From positions 125,764 through 189,763 of the IMG/VR virus record IMGVR_UViG_3300035681_000001: a stretch of DNA of 64,000 nucleotides; one strand, given 5' to 3'. This stretch comes from a virus. The position numbers and the translations under genes are program-made. Under the pieces are notes generated by a model. The model did not search any database. It had not been told where the DNA came from and saw only the letters and a list, made by a program, of their open reading frames with translations. This document shows, one piece after another, positions 1 through 10,000 of the stretch (positions are counted from its first letter, which is position 1; every line of letters starts with the position of its first letter).

Positions 1-1
1 A

Positions 2-70
2 CCACAGGTCCCAGAACCTCAGTTGCAATTTGTAGCTGAAGACTTTCCTGCCCCGCCTGCACTGCCTTAA
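2..70 (+). CDS. 3' end of an upstream hypothetical gene (partial)
   Basis: Frame reads PQVPEPQLQFVAEDFPAPPALP* and stops just before the first terminator; Pro-rich end like the next gene. Confidence 0.5.
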   Translation, partial: PQVPEPQLQFVAEDFPAPPALP

Positions 71-84
71 TTAAGTAATCAACT

Positions 85-110
85 AAGCCCCCGGAAACGG
101 GGGCTTTTTT
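85..110 (+). terminator. Intrinsic terminator T1
   Basis: AAGCCCCCG-GAAA-CGGGGGCTT followed by a T-tract. Confidence 0.9.
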
Positions 111-141
111 GTGGGCTCCGTTAACACCCACTGAGCTAATC

Positions 142-519
142 ATGTTCAACTTTCGTGCCCGTGCTGCCAAGCCTACTTCCACCCCCATGGAGGCAGTGCT
201 TGCTCAGCAAGCGGCAGATGCTGCCGGTACTGAAGCCGCGTTGAAAGACGCGGTTTCAGTAAAGAAGCAGGCCGTGTTGCTTCGCAATGCGGCAGTAGAC
301 GCAAAACGTCTGCGGGTTGAGCTATTAAAGGCTCAAAAAGTGCAGGCTGAGGCTTGTGCTGAACTGGTCTTAGCAGAGCAAGAGGTATTTGATCTTCTTA
401 ACGGAGGGTTGGATGCTCTTACTCTGCAGCAACCAGAGCAGCCAATGCCAACGCCGCCTCCACTGCCAGTGATCCAACCACTAGCAGTGGAGGACTACTT
501 CCCTCCTAAACTTAACTAA
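142..519 (+). CDS. Hypothetical Ala-rich coiled-coil protein
   Basis: ORF 109-519, ATG at 142 preferred; bracketed by terminators. Confidence 0.75.
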   Translation: MFNFRARAAKPTSTPMEAVLAQQAADAAGTEAALKDAVSVKKQAVLLRNAAVDAKRLRVELLKAQKVQAEACAELVLAEQEVFDLLNGGLDALTLQQPEQPMPTPPPLPVIQPLAVEDYFPPKLN

Positions 520-531
520 AATTAAGTAACT

Positions 532-555
532 AAGCCCCTTAACGGGGGCTTTTTT
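532..555 (+). terminator. Intrinsic terminator T2
   Basis: AAGCCCCT-TAAC-GGGGGCTT-TTTT. Confidence 0.9.
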
Positions 556-558
556 GTA

Positions 559-626
559 AGCTTTAGCTTAACCAATAAGAGCCGTTGCTCTGGCTGTGTA
601 TCGCACAGGTTGGTTAAGTTAAAGCT
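559..626 (+). ncRNA. Candidate structured RNA (three-way junction) in an ORF-free cassette
   Basis: 17-bp stem 559-575/610-626 (one G-T) enclosing hairpins 578-591 and 594-608. Confidence 0.35.
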
Positions 627-697
627 GCACCCCCTAAACGTGCTAGCACATACGGGGGAAACTACTACTACTTATTAGTACACGGGGGCAAGTTTAT

Positions 698-732
698 AAC
701 CTTAACGTACATCCGGAAACGGGGGTTTTTTT
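698..732 (+). terminator. Degenerate terminator T3
   Basis: CCG-GAAA-CGGGGG plus T7; 5' arm of the stem is interrupted. Confidence 0.5.
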
Positions 733-738
733 GTCCTG

Positions 739-752
739 GCAATTCAGCTAGG
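739..752 (+). promoter_or_regulatory. Repeated motif GCAATTCAGCTAGG, copy 1
   Basis: Identical 14-mer at 2660-2673; both lie between a terminator T-tract and a start codon. Confidence 0.4.
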
Positions 753-763
753 CGTTAACACCC

Positions 764-2605
764 ATGGTTAAAATGACCCGCACCCGCCGCCAAGCAACTG
801 CAGCTAAGGCTGCACGCATCAAAGCCTCCCAAGTTAAAAGTGCACGTCGTGCACTCCAGTTGCAATTTGACTACTACAACTTTGAATTAGTAACTGCAGG
901 CAAAGCTGCGGTTGCATGGAACGAATCTGGAAAAGCTACACCTATAAAATTTGTTACCGGTACCGGTACCAGCCAAGCTTCTGGTTGGTACCAAGAAGCT
1001 TGTACCAAAGCTGCTGCGGTAGCAGCGGAAGCTGTTGCTAGAACAGCACGTAAAACTGAACAAGCGGCACGTGCTCCTTGGGAGCAGCTTTGGGTGCTGC
1101 TTAAAGCTCAATATGGGCTGCAATTCAGTATTACTGCTGCTGAGTGGGAATCCCGGCAGTTAGATGCTGCTAAAGCTAAAGCTTTAGGACTTAGGTCTCC
1201 TAAACTTTCAAAAGCCCTAGTAGCTTTAGGGGTACCTACCTCAGAAGTCTCCTTATTGTTAGGAGCTACTAAAACGGCGGTAACAGCTGCCGCAACTAAC
1301 ACAGACACTTGGGTGTCTAGTGATCTTAAAGACCTGTGGGATCAAGGCAATTCTAAACACTACTCAAGCTGTCAAGCTACTGACAGCCGTGCGGCTTGGG
1401 GTGGTGATACAAATTGGTGTGACATAGCTGCAGAAACTAAGCACCTAGGTCAGCACCTGTTCTTATGGCTAATAGGCCAGAGGATGTCCATAGATGGCAC
1501 CGGTTTTACGGCACGTGCTAAATTACGCGTGCTGTATTATGACGAGGAGGCTACCGAGATAGCTGGTCTTTACATAGACCGCCCTTACGGAGCAGCGAGT
1601 ACGTTAAAAGCTGGGTTAGCTCAGCTAGCTGAGTGGTGGGCTACTCGCAGCCACACTCCTATCTTTATGCCCACTACGTGGGAACGCCGAGACGGTGCCG
1701 GCAATGACTTTCAGTACCAATATGGTGGGCTACACGAGGAAAAACTATATTCACCCTCATCAACCTCAGGCTACCAGGACACCTGCACGCAGGGTGCCGG
1801 ACCTTACGACTTTATGGTGCCAGTAGCACAACACGGCAGCCTTATACGGCGTGCTTTTACCGCACGTCCCAAAGAAGGTAACGTGTACCTACTGCCCCTA
1901 GCAGCAGTTAAGTACAACCCTCAAACTGATAAGTTTACGGTACCTAAAGTGGCTACTAGGTCAGCACGGAGGCCTATTACGGAATCCTACCGCTATGTAC
2001 GTAGTTTAGCTGTCAGCCTTGGGCTAACCGACTTTAAATATGTTGGACAACAAGGAGTCGGCTATGGCACTCCTACCACTATTTACCAAGCAGGTAGTTA
2101 TAAGTTTTTCGTCAACAAGAACTTAATACAACTAACTGATGACATGGGCCACACTACATACTGTGAGTGGGAAGAAGGAAGGCTGACAGTAAAAGAAGGT
2201 AATGTAGAATTAGGCTTAGTAATATCACAATCCTTACCTTACGATTATAACGCTTCAGAGCGGTCCTTAACGGTATCAGCAGAAGAGTATTGGTGTCCAG
2301 ATGTAGTCCGGGACTATGGATTTATGAAAGCTGAAGAACTACCTTATACGCACGATAGTAAAGAACTTAGAGTGGTATCAGAGACTGGGGATTTTGAACT
2401 AGCAATAGAGCTACAGTACACCTGTAGTCCTGGACTACTAGTAGTAGTACACGAGCCCATAGGATGGTATAAAGCAGTGGCTTTAGATAAAAGTAATATA
2501 TCAGCTAATGTAGGTCACGTCTACATTAAAGACCACGAAGATTTTCTAGTGTATCATAAGCTTTTATGGGCAGAAAAGGATATTTTGTGGTGGAACTATA
2601 GATAG
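764..2605 (+). CDS. Large hypothetical phage protein (SSC / RAKLR / IDRPYG motifs)
   Basis: 613-aa ORF between terminators. Confidence 0.8.
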   Translation: MVKMTRTRRQATAAKAARIKASQVKSARRALQLQFDYYNFELVTAGKAAVAWNESGKATPIKFVTGTGTSQASGWYQEACTKAAAVAAEAVARTARKTEQAARAPWEQLWVLLKAQYGLQFSITAAEWESRQLDAAKAKALGLRSPKLSKALVALGVPTSEVSLLLGATKTAVTAAATNTDTWVSSDLKDLWDQGNSKHYSSCQATDSRAAWGGDTNWCDIAAETKHLGQHLFLWLIGQRMSIDGTGFTARAKLRVLYYDEEATEIAGLYIDRPYGAASTLKAGLAQLAEWWATRSHTPIFMPTTWERRDGAGNDFQYQYGGLHEEKLYSPSSTSGYQDTCTQGAGPYDFMVPVAQHGSLIRRAFTARPKEGNVYLLPLAAVKYNPQTDKFTVPKVATRSARRPITESYRYVRSLAVSLGLTDFKYVGQQGVGYGTPTTIYQAGSYKFFVNKNLIQLTDDMGHTTYCEWEEGRLTVKEGNVELGLVISQSLPYDYNASERSLTVSAEEYWCPDVVRDYGFMKAEELPYTHDSKELRVVSETGDFELAIELQYTCSPGLLVVVHEPIGWYKAVALDKSNISANVGHVYIKDHEDFLVYHKLLWAEKDILWWNYR

Positions 2606-2626
2606 AAATTCTAAGTTAGCTTTACC

Positions 2627-2653
2627 AGCCCCCTCTTAGGAGGGGGCTTTTTT
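2627..2653 (+). terminator. Intrinsic terminator T4
   Basis: AGCCCCCTC-TTAG-GAGGGGGCT-TTTTT. Confidence 0.9.
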
Positions 2654-2659
2654 GTCTTA

Positions 2660-2673
2660 GCAATTCAGCTAGG
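2660..2673 (+). promoter_or_regulatory. Repeated motif GCAATTCAGCTAGG, copy 2
   Basis: Identical to 739-752. Confidence 0.4.
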
Positions 2674-2691
2674 ATTTTCGCCTCGCAAAAC

Positions 2692-3267
2692 ATGTTCGAG
2701 ACTACTCGCATTGAACAGCTTGTAAAGAGCACAGACTACCGCTTTTACATTCAGGACCACCACAACGTTTTGGTGTGGTGCTTGGGGCAAGGAGAAGACT
2801 CAGATACTAGTTACGGTGGTGAGTCTTTAGAGTCTGCCTTAGAATGCTATAACGCTAGTTTAAAAGCTGAATGGCAACCTACCCAAGCTCTTAGCTTGCT
2901 GGCCAGCGACGTACAGCTGGTACGAATGGATTTACCAATAAACACAGCGTATCAATCGGAGATAGATTTTCTCCTAAACCTGGAGAGTATAATAGGTACT
3001 GAGATGATGAAGGAAGATAATGAACCTGCGGCTGCTTTTAAGAAAACTCATCGTATTGAAGCTGCCGCTGTCGCGTTGCAAAGAGGTAAAGTTGTAAGGG
3101 TCCGCAAAGGAGACTTAGGTTCAAAAGTAGGTACAGAATTACAAAGACTTAAAGTAGAAATTGAGAGGCTCCTTGTTAACAATGAGTCAAGTAACGTTGA
3201 AGATAAATGGAGGCTAAGCATAGCTCCTAGCCAAGGTGATTATCTATTGAGAGCCCGCCGCGTTTGA
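2692..3267 (+). CDS. Hypothetical protein
   Basis: 191-aa ORF between terminators. Confidence 0.8.
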   Translation: MFETTRIEQLVKSTDYRFYIQDHHNVLVWCLGQGEDSDTSYGGESLESALECYNASLKAEWQPTQALSLLASDVQLVRMDLPINTAYQSEIDFLLNLESIIGTEMMKEDNEPAAAFKKTHRIEAAAVALQRGKVVRVRKGDLGSKVGTELQRLKVEIERLLVNNESSNVEDKWRLSIAPSQGDYLLRARRV

Positions 3268-3278
3268 GTAGTTAAATT

Positions 3279-3304
3279 AAGCCCCCTTAACCGGGGGCTT
3301 TTTT
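3279..3304 (+). terminator. Intrinsic terminator T5
   Basis: AAGCCCCC-TTAACC-GGGGGCTT-TTTT. Confidence 0.9.
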
Positions 3305-3362
3305 GTGCTTCGGCATAGTGGTACCTAGCGCACTATAAAATGCTGGGTTTGCCTCAAAAAAA

Positions 3363-3890
3363 ATGAGCTCCACTAAAGATGCAGTCAAAGCCACCATTAA
3401 GTGGTTGGTTACAGAAACACCCAACCAGCCCCCGTGCTGGGTTAGGGCCACAGCCGCAGTAGTAGCACTGTTGGCTACTTACGGCATTTTAGCTTATGAG
3501 TTTATTGCTGAAGTCTGGTCCTTAGGAGTAGAAGGCTTATATGACCTAAACGATATACTGGCCGAACATTGGGTTAGCTGGTGGTGCCCTGGTTACGTAA
3601 AAGCAATAGAAACTCCAGTAAAACCTACGGTTGAGGTTACTACTAAATTTGTGGTAAAAGCTGTGGTAAAAGCTATAGAAACCGTAGTAGTAAGTGAAGT
3701 AAGTGAAGTAAGTGAAGTAAGTGAAGTAGCTACAGTAGAAACCAAGTTAGCTGAAGTAGCTGAAGTAGCTGAAGTCAAGGCAACAGCTCCCGCACCTACT
3801 GAAATCTTAGGAGAAATGGTAGATATTTTTAGTGTGAGTGCTACGCCTAACCGGGCTACTCGCCGCCGCCGCAGCCGCACCACTAAGTAA
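3363..3890 (+). CDS. Hypothetical protein with SEV/AEV repeats and Arg-rich C-terminus
   Basis: 175-aa ORF; ends RATRRRRSRTTK. Confidence 0.7.
   Translation: MSSTKDAVKATIKWLVTETPNQPPCWVRATAAVVALLATYGILAYEFIAEVWSLGVEGLYDLNDILAEHWVSWWCPGYVKAIETPVKPTVEVTTKFVVKAVVKAIETVVVSEVSEVSEVSEVATVETKLAEVAEVAEVKATAPAPTEILGEMVDIFSVSATPNRATRRRRSRTTK
3690..3776 (+). repeat. In-frame 9-nt tandem repeats (GTAAGTGAA x4; GCTGAAGTA x3)
   Basis: Seen directly; encode SEV/AEV. Confidence 0.85.
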
Positions 3891-4067
3891 TCTCTCAGCG
3901 CCGGCCGGACAGGCGCTATACAAATTAGATCACACCTACTAGTAGGGCCGGCAGCTGTGTTAAGGGACTATGAAATGAGTTACCTAGACAGTCCAGCTAC
4001 AAGTCTTGCACGTGCTAGTGCAAGACTTGAAACACTCACCCAACCCCCTCAACTCACCAACCCCCTC

Positions 4068-7000
4068 ATGAACACCGCCACCACAGCAAAAAACAAAGAA
4101 AACCAAAAAGGTAACGAAAAGACCATGCCCCAAGTGGTATTCAAGTTCTACCACCACGAGGTTAATCCAGAAGCCACCAAAGTGGCAATTCTGGCGCCAG
4201 GCCATGCTGCTGGTCCGGTGAACGCTAATGTGCCAGTTAACTTTGATACCGGCCACCTGGACAAGGCATGGGATACCATGAACCTACAAGGGGTCAACCG
4301 CCGTATTGACTGGCAAGGTACTCGCCTGGGTGCTGGATCTGCTCAGTTCCGCGAAACTGACGGTAGTTTTAGTCCGGTAGTGTGGTCCTCGACACCCCGC
4401 ACACGTAACTTGCGTGCGCCGGTGCAACTACTGTTGGCAACTTTAGTGGGAGGTCAACCTGATTGGGTAACGGGTGCGGTACCTTCTGGAAACGATGCTG
4501 CTATTCGGCAGCACGTAGCGGCAGCTATAGCTGCAGGTAAGTCACATGACTACTCGCAACACGGCTTCAGTTTGGAAGCCTACGTGTCTTTGAGTGAGAT
4601 CCTAGCTCAACCTGGAGCTATACACCCTGTAACTGGAGCACCTACCGGGCGGCATTGGTTTGGTGTAATAGGTCAAGTTTACTCCATGGATACTTGTACC
4701 ACTGGCGGTGCAGTACAAACGCGCTACAACTGTAGTGCATTTGATTTGTATTACTTGCCAGAGCCTGAATTCGGGCACAGTTCTTTAACACCACTCGACC
4801 CTTACGGTAAGTTAAATTTGTACGAGTCTTTGACTTACGTACCCGAAGCCAAGGTGCTGCCCACTACTACGGTGGTGCTGCCTGCCGTACCTACGGCAGT
4901 ACCTACTGCCGTACCTACTGCCGTAGGTAGTACCACAGTGTCAACTGCTGACACGCGTCGGTACTGGAATAGCTTTGGTATTCACGGTCTGCAGGTGCAG
5001 GAAATAACAGTAGATTCAGTAGTCCACGACTTTGATCTGATCAATAATTTTGAGGGCTGGAGTGAAATCCAATCTTTATTCCGTCTAGACGGCAGCGCGG
5101 CAGCTGCTGCAGTAACCGTTGCTGATGCAGCGCGGTATTGGGTGTCCAAGAAGATGTATGGGAGTTACCAAAAAATAGGCGACCTAGCAGCCTACGAATG
5201 GACTGTTGCAGACTTGAAAGACTTGATCGAAATCATTGTAAAAGTGGGTACCAGCCGTGGCCTTGACGCTGACCACTTACCCTGTTGGTCTGGTGAGATG
5301 CTGCAGTTTGGGGCCGGCGGTCCTGCCTTTAAGGTGCTAGATAAGCGTATATATGACTACCGTGGGCGGTTGTTGCAAAACGTAGTAGAGCTAAAGGTTA
5401 GCTCCCACGTAAACGAATCAGGTCGGATGGAGTATACCCTAGATGGTCTCCAGCAGGTCTCCAGTGCTACCCAGCTGCTTAAGTTGGTGTATTTCGGCTA
5501 CTTGCCGCTATTAGCTCAGTCCATTACACAAGTAATGGACGCACTACCTGCAAACTTTAGTGAGTTTTGTAGGAATGCCTGGGTAGGAGCTAACCTAGTT
5601 AGTTGGTCGAAAGACCAAGTACTAGAACAAAACTCCGCCGCACGGCTGCGGATGGATAACTGCTATCCGATGACTATACGTCAGCCATATAGCCCGTTGA
5701 GCGGATCCTATTGGGTTCGCCTTAACGAAGACGGCCGCTTTGCGGCTAACTTAGTTAGCCACTACGAGAAACAAATCCGGTACTCCTCCAAAGAGTGTTC
5801 GGATTTGTTTAAAGAAGCCATTCGAGTAGCTTACCGTGAAGGTGGTCTAGACTACCGCTTTGACAAAAAGCTGTTAGTTGGTGGTGGCTTAGGTGCTGTA
5901 AACTGCCGGCTGTTGGCAGCTAATGACCCTGCAGCTTTTGCTGCTTTGCAGGCTAAGTTTGGGGTTACTGAGAGCTCAGTGCTATCTGGCACCCTGAAAC
6001 TAGCTAAGGGTCTAAAGCGGCTGTTTTTGTCAATGGCACAATCAGTGCCTGTCAAAGGTGCACTCCCAGCTGGGTTCTTGTTTAGAGGCCAAGAGTCTCC
6101 TGTGGAAGGGTTTTTGGCAGCAGTAGCATTAGCACCTACTGTGGTGTTTACACCCGGTATGTCTGCCAGCGTAGGTGCTAAACCTGTAGCTGAAGTACGT
6201 AAGACCGTTAGGAATTACGTATTGCACTCTTTTGGCACTGAACCTGAGTTCTTGATGGGCTTAGGGTGTGCTATCAAGCCTAACAACGTAGTTACTGAAA
6301 CTACGCTGGGGATCACCCGTTATACGCTGGTAAGACCCACACCCATCAAGCCTAATGATTTACTGATACAAGTCGCTAACCCTAGTGGCTCAGTAAATGA
6401 TGTAGTAAACACCTCTACATTTGAGGGTGATCTACAGTGGCTGGAATGGCAAGTCGTTCCTAGTATGCTGCCAGGGCAGACAGAGCTTAAACTCAGTTGG
6501 GAATTCCTAACTTACGAGAGCGATATGAAAGCTCGCTCGATTGCTAAAGCGCTGCTGGTAGACGTTAATCCAGACGTAATATTCGCTCATAATAAAGACC
6601 TAGGTGATGTAGACATCATCCACTTCCAAGACTCTTTGAAGGTGGATTTGTGGTGGTCTTACCTGATGTGTGCTGGGACTACCTTACGTTACAACTGGGA
6701 TAAGCCTGAAGTAGCAGAACTCCGCCGGTTGGCGGTAGCCATTAACTCTAGGTTTGGGTTTGCAGCCTTTCAAGGCATACTAATAGACCCCGTGCATATA
6801 GCACTAGGTCACTACGACGCGTTCCAAGCTGAGTTCCGTAGGCTTTTCAGTCGGCCATTGTGGTTTAAGTTCGCTCAACTAGCCGAGTTCGGGCGTTTGT
6901 TATATGACATGCACCAGTCAGACCAATACGAACGGGTGGACTTGGGTGACGGTTACGAAAGTTACGTCACTAAAGGTGCTGACCCTAACGCACCAGACAC

Positions 7001-10000
7001 CAACATCACCTCTTTTGTGGTGGAGTCCGGTACCGTCACCGAAATCTGGCAGCGCGGGATGTGTCTAGTAGGCACTGAAACCTGCCCGGTTTATAACGTG
7101 GAACTCTTCGAGTCTACTACACCTAAAGAAAACGTAGGTGAGTCCTGGCAGTTCCCTTCAGAGCTGCGTGCACTGCAGTCCATCACCAGCAATGGTGTAA
7201 ACCCTAAAGCGTTGGATGAGCTCACCAACACGATAAAAGCAGACATCCTGCCTAATTTGGCTATGGCTAAAATCCTGGAAGGGATGGCTAGCGGTAGTCT
7301 ACTCGGAGGTAAGCGCACCATAGCAGTAGAAGCTGCAGCCGACGGGCACTACCAAGTATCTACTGCAGTGCACGCCCGGTTGCAGCAAATAGTAGCAGAA
7401 CTAGGTGTAAACCTAGCCGCACCCGCAGAAGCTTTTGAAAAGCTGTCTGTAAGACTAAAAGACGTAGTCTTTACCTTTAAGGTGTCTGGCAAAGAGACCA
7501 GCATTTGGCTTCCTGCATTGTGGGAACTCAATAAGCTGCGTTCTACCAACGAGTCTGGGCAAACTTTGTCCAGTGTGTTCTACCGTTATTTCTTAGTGCC
7601 GCTGTGTCTCAACAACCACGTTGAAGCTGCAGTAGTAATAAGACTTCGCGGTCAGCTTAGTTCGTTGTTGTACTCTAGCGAAACACCTAAGCTGCTGAAA
7701 GGCCGCACTAAAATAGGTGGTCGCCGTGTAGGTTTACCTTGTATCCCCATAAGTGAAACTTGGGTGTTGTATTCAGATGACCCGAGTTCTGAGTACCAAA
7801 ACGCACTGCAGTATTGCCGGCGTGCATCGTTAAACCTAGAAATAGGCCTTAACGACCACTTGGTCGGTTACAACTCACGTGCACCACTAGCAGCTGGCTG
7901 GTTGTCTAAACTGCGTGTGATTACACCTGCAGAAAACACCAGTAACTATTGGCAACTGAGCCCTTACTATTTGGGTATCAGTCCAGTAGCGCTGTACATA
8001 GACGGTGGTGATTGTGACGGTGACTCAGGCTATTGGGCTGAACAAGGACCTGAGTTTGAGAGTGAAATCCTGGACTACCAAACCGTTATAAATATCCGCA
8101 ATGCGGGTATGGATGGCGACTGTCGGTATACAGGTAGTTACGCTTACGCGCACTACACGCGTAAGGATTGGGCTAAAGCTACCGTAACTATGTCTTCGGG
8201 AGTTATCAGTGGGTGTGTAATGACAGAAGAGCAGTATTGCTCTTATAACGTCGGTGCACACATCGTACAACACGAAGCTGTCGGGTCCAGCTATAAGCTG
8301 TACATGCTAGGTGAACACTTGATTGACTGTGCTCAAGCTTATGAAAAACTAGGCATTGAGTGTGAGTTGTTGAAGCCCTTTATGGGTGCTCTAGCACCTA
8401 GTTTGGTGCTGATACTGGCAGAAATCTACGAGACTATTCTCGGCGGTTTTACTCCAGAAGCACTGGAGTTGTTTGAAAGCTACCTCAAACCGGCTATCAA
8501 ACAAGGTAAGCCTATCGCACTTAAGCAGCTTACTGATTTTCGTAAGTTGCTGGAGCGCTTTGGAGCTAACTCTTTAAGAGCTGAGGAAATCCTAAAGTTG
8601 ATCAATGTGATCTCTTTAGTAGCTGCCAGTGAAGTCAACGGGTATCTGTCCCGTGAATACACTGGTTGGGATGGCCTAGCTTTAAGTGCAGCTCATGTTG
8701 TATTCGAGCTGGGTCGCGGTCGCTTTCACGGTATGTCAGCCTTTACTAAAGGTCAAATGCCTCAAACGCGTCAAGCGTTAGGGCAAAAAGCCGCACTAGT
8801 TAAGTTCTACGAACTGCTGCTAGGTGGACTGCAGACTAACCGTGAGTTGTACCACCGCTTATCGGAGACTTCTTCAGTAATAGGTTGCGGTAGGGTGCTG
8901 TTCAAGCACCTGCACGTAGAACTCGGGTTGATTAGTTCTAATTATCCCTGGTTGCGTCCAAACCTAACAGAACTGCAATGGCTTCCAGAAGTCTTTGAGC
9001 AGTTTAAGTGCTGTCAGCTTGCACCAGCTACTACCGAACTTACTGAGACTACAACCGAAATTACAGTTGAAGCTACTACTGTAGCTACACCTGAACCTAC
9101 TACTGCTACTACTACTAAACCTATTACAGTTCAAGTTACACCGGAACCTACGTCAGCCGCACTACTTGAAACACTAAAGAAAAGTGTTTTATTTGAGCTT
9201 TGTGCTGAGCGTGGTCTTACAGTAGCCAAAAAAGCTACCAAAGAGCAGTTGGTAAGCGCTTTACTAACTGACCCTAACGGACCACCCTCAGAGGCTTTAG
9301 TTATTGAGGTTTCACAAGACCCGGCAACTAAAGCTCTGAAGCAACGTATTGCTGAACTAGAAGCTCAAGTTGCCCAACTGGAGGCTCAAGTTACGCAAGA
9401 CCCAGAAGATCCTGAAGAGCCACTCGCTGTAGTGTCTAAACCTAAACCGGACCCCAAACCTGATTCAGGTGCTGGGACAAGCGAACCCACCACACCCATT
9501 GCACCCGCTACCATGTCCGCTACATCAACGGCAGTCAACGTACCTGCAGGTATGCCGGCTGACCTAACACCTTCTCAGATTAGAGCGTTTGAGTTGTTTC
9601 AACAAGGCCACAATTTGGTCATCACTGGAGCAGCAGGTACAGGTAAAACCTACCTTAGTAACTTGCTTAGGGAATACGCCCTTAAGAAAAACTACAAACT
9701 AGTAGTAGTAGGTTCCACAGGCACTTCGGTACTAAATATCAAAGGTGACGGCACCCTTAACTCCGTATTTGGGTTGGGTCTAGGTTTTAGTGGTAAACGC
9801 CCTTCGGGGCTAGAGGCCGACAGTTTACTAGCTGCTTCCAGAAGATCCCAGATTTGTAACGAGTACTTAGCGCTTACTGATGAAGCTGGTTTGATAATAC
9901 TGGTAGACGAAGTAAGCATGGTAGATACTAAACTAGCTCGCCTAACGTGGGATATCACAGCACTACAAAACCACCCTACTCAGTGGGTGTTGATAGGCGA

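Noticed and set aside
3957-4067. GTG start at 3957 for the giant ORF
   Set aside because: The extension contains a perfect hairpin and a C/A-rich leader typical of untranslated regions here; ATG 4068 or 4125 is more plausible.
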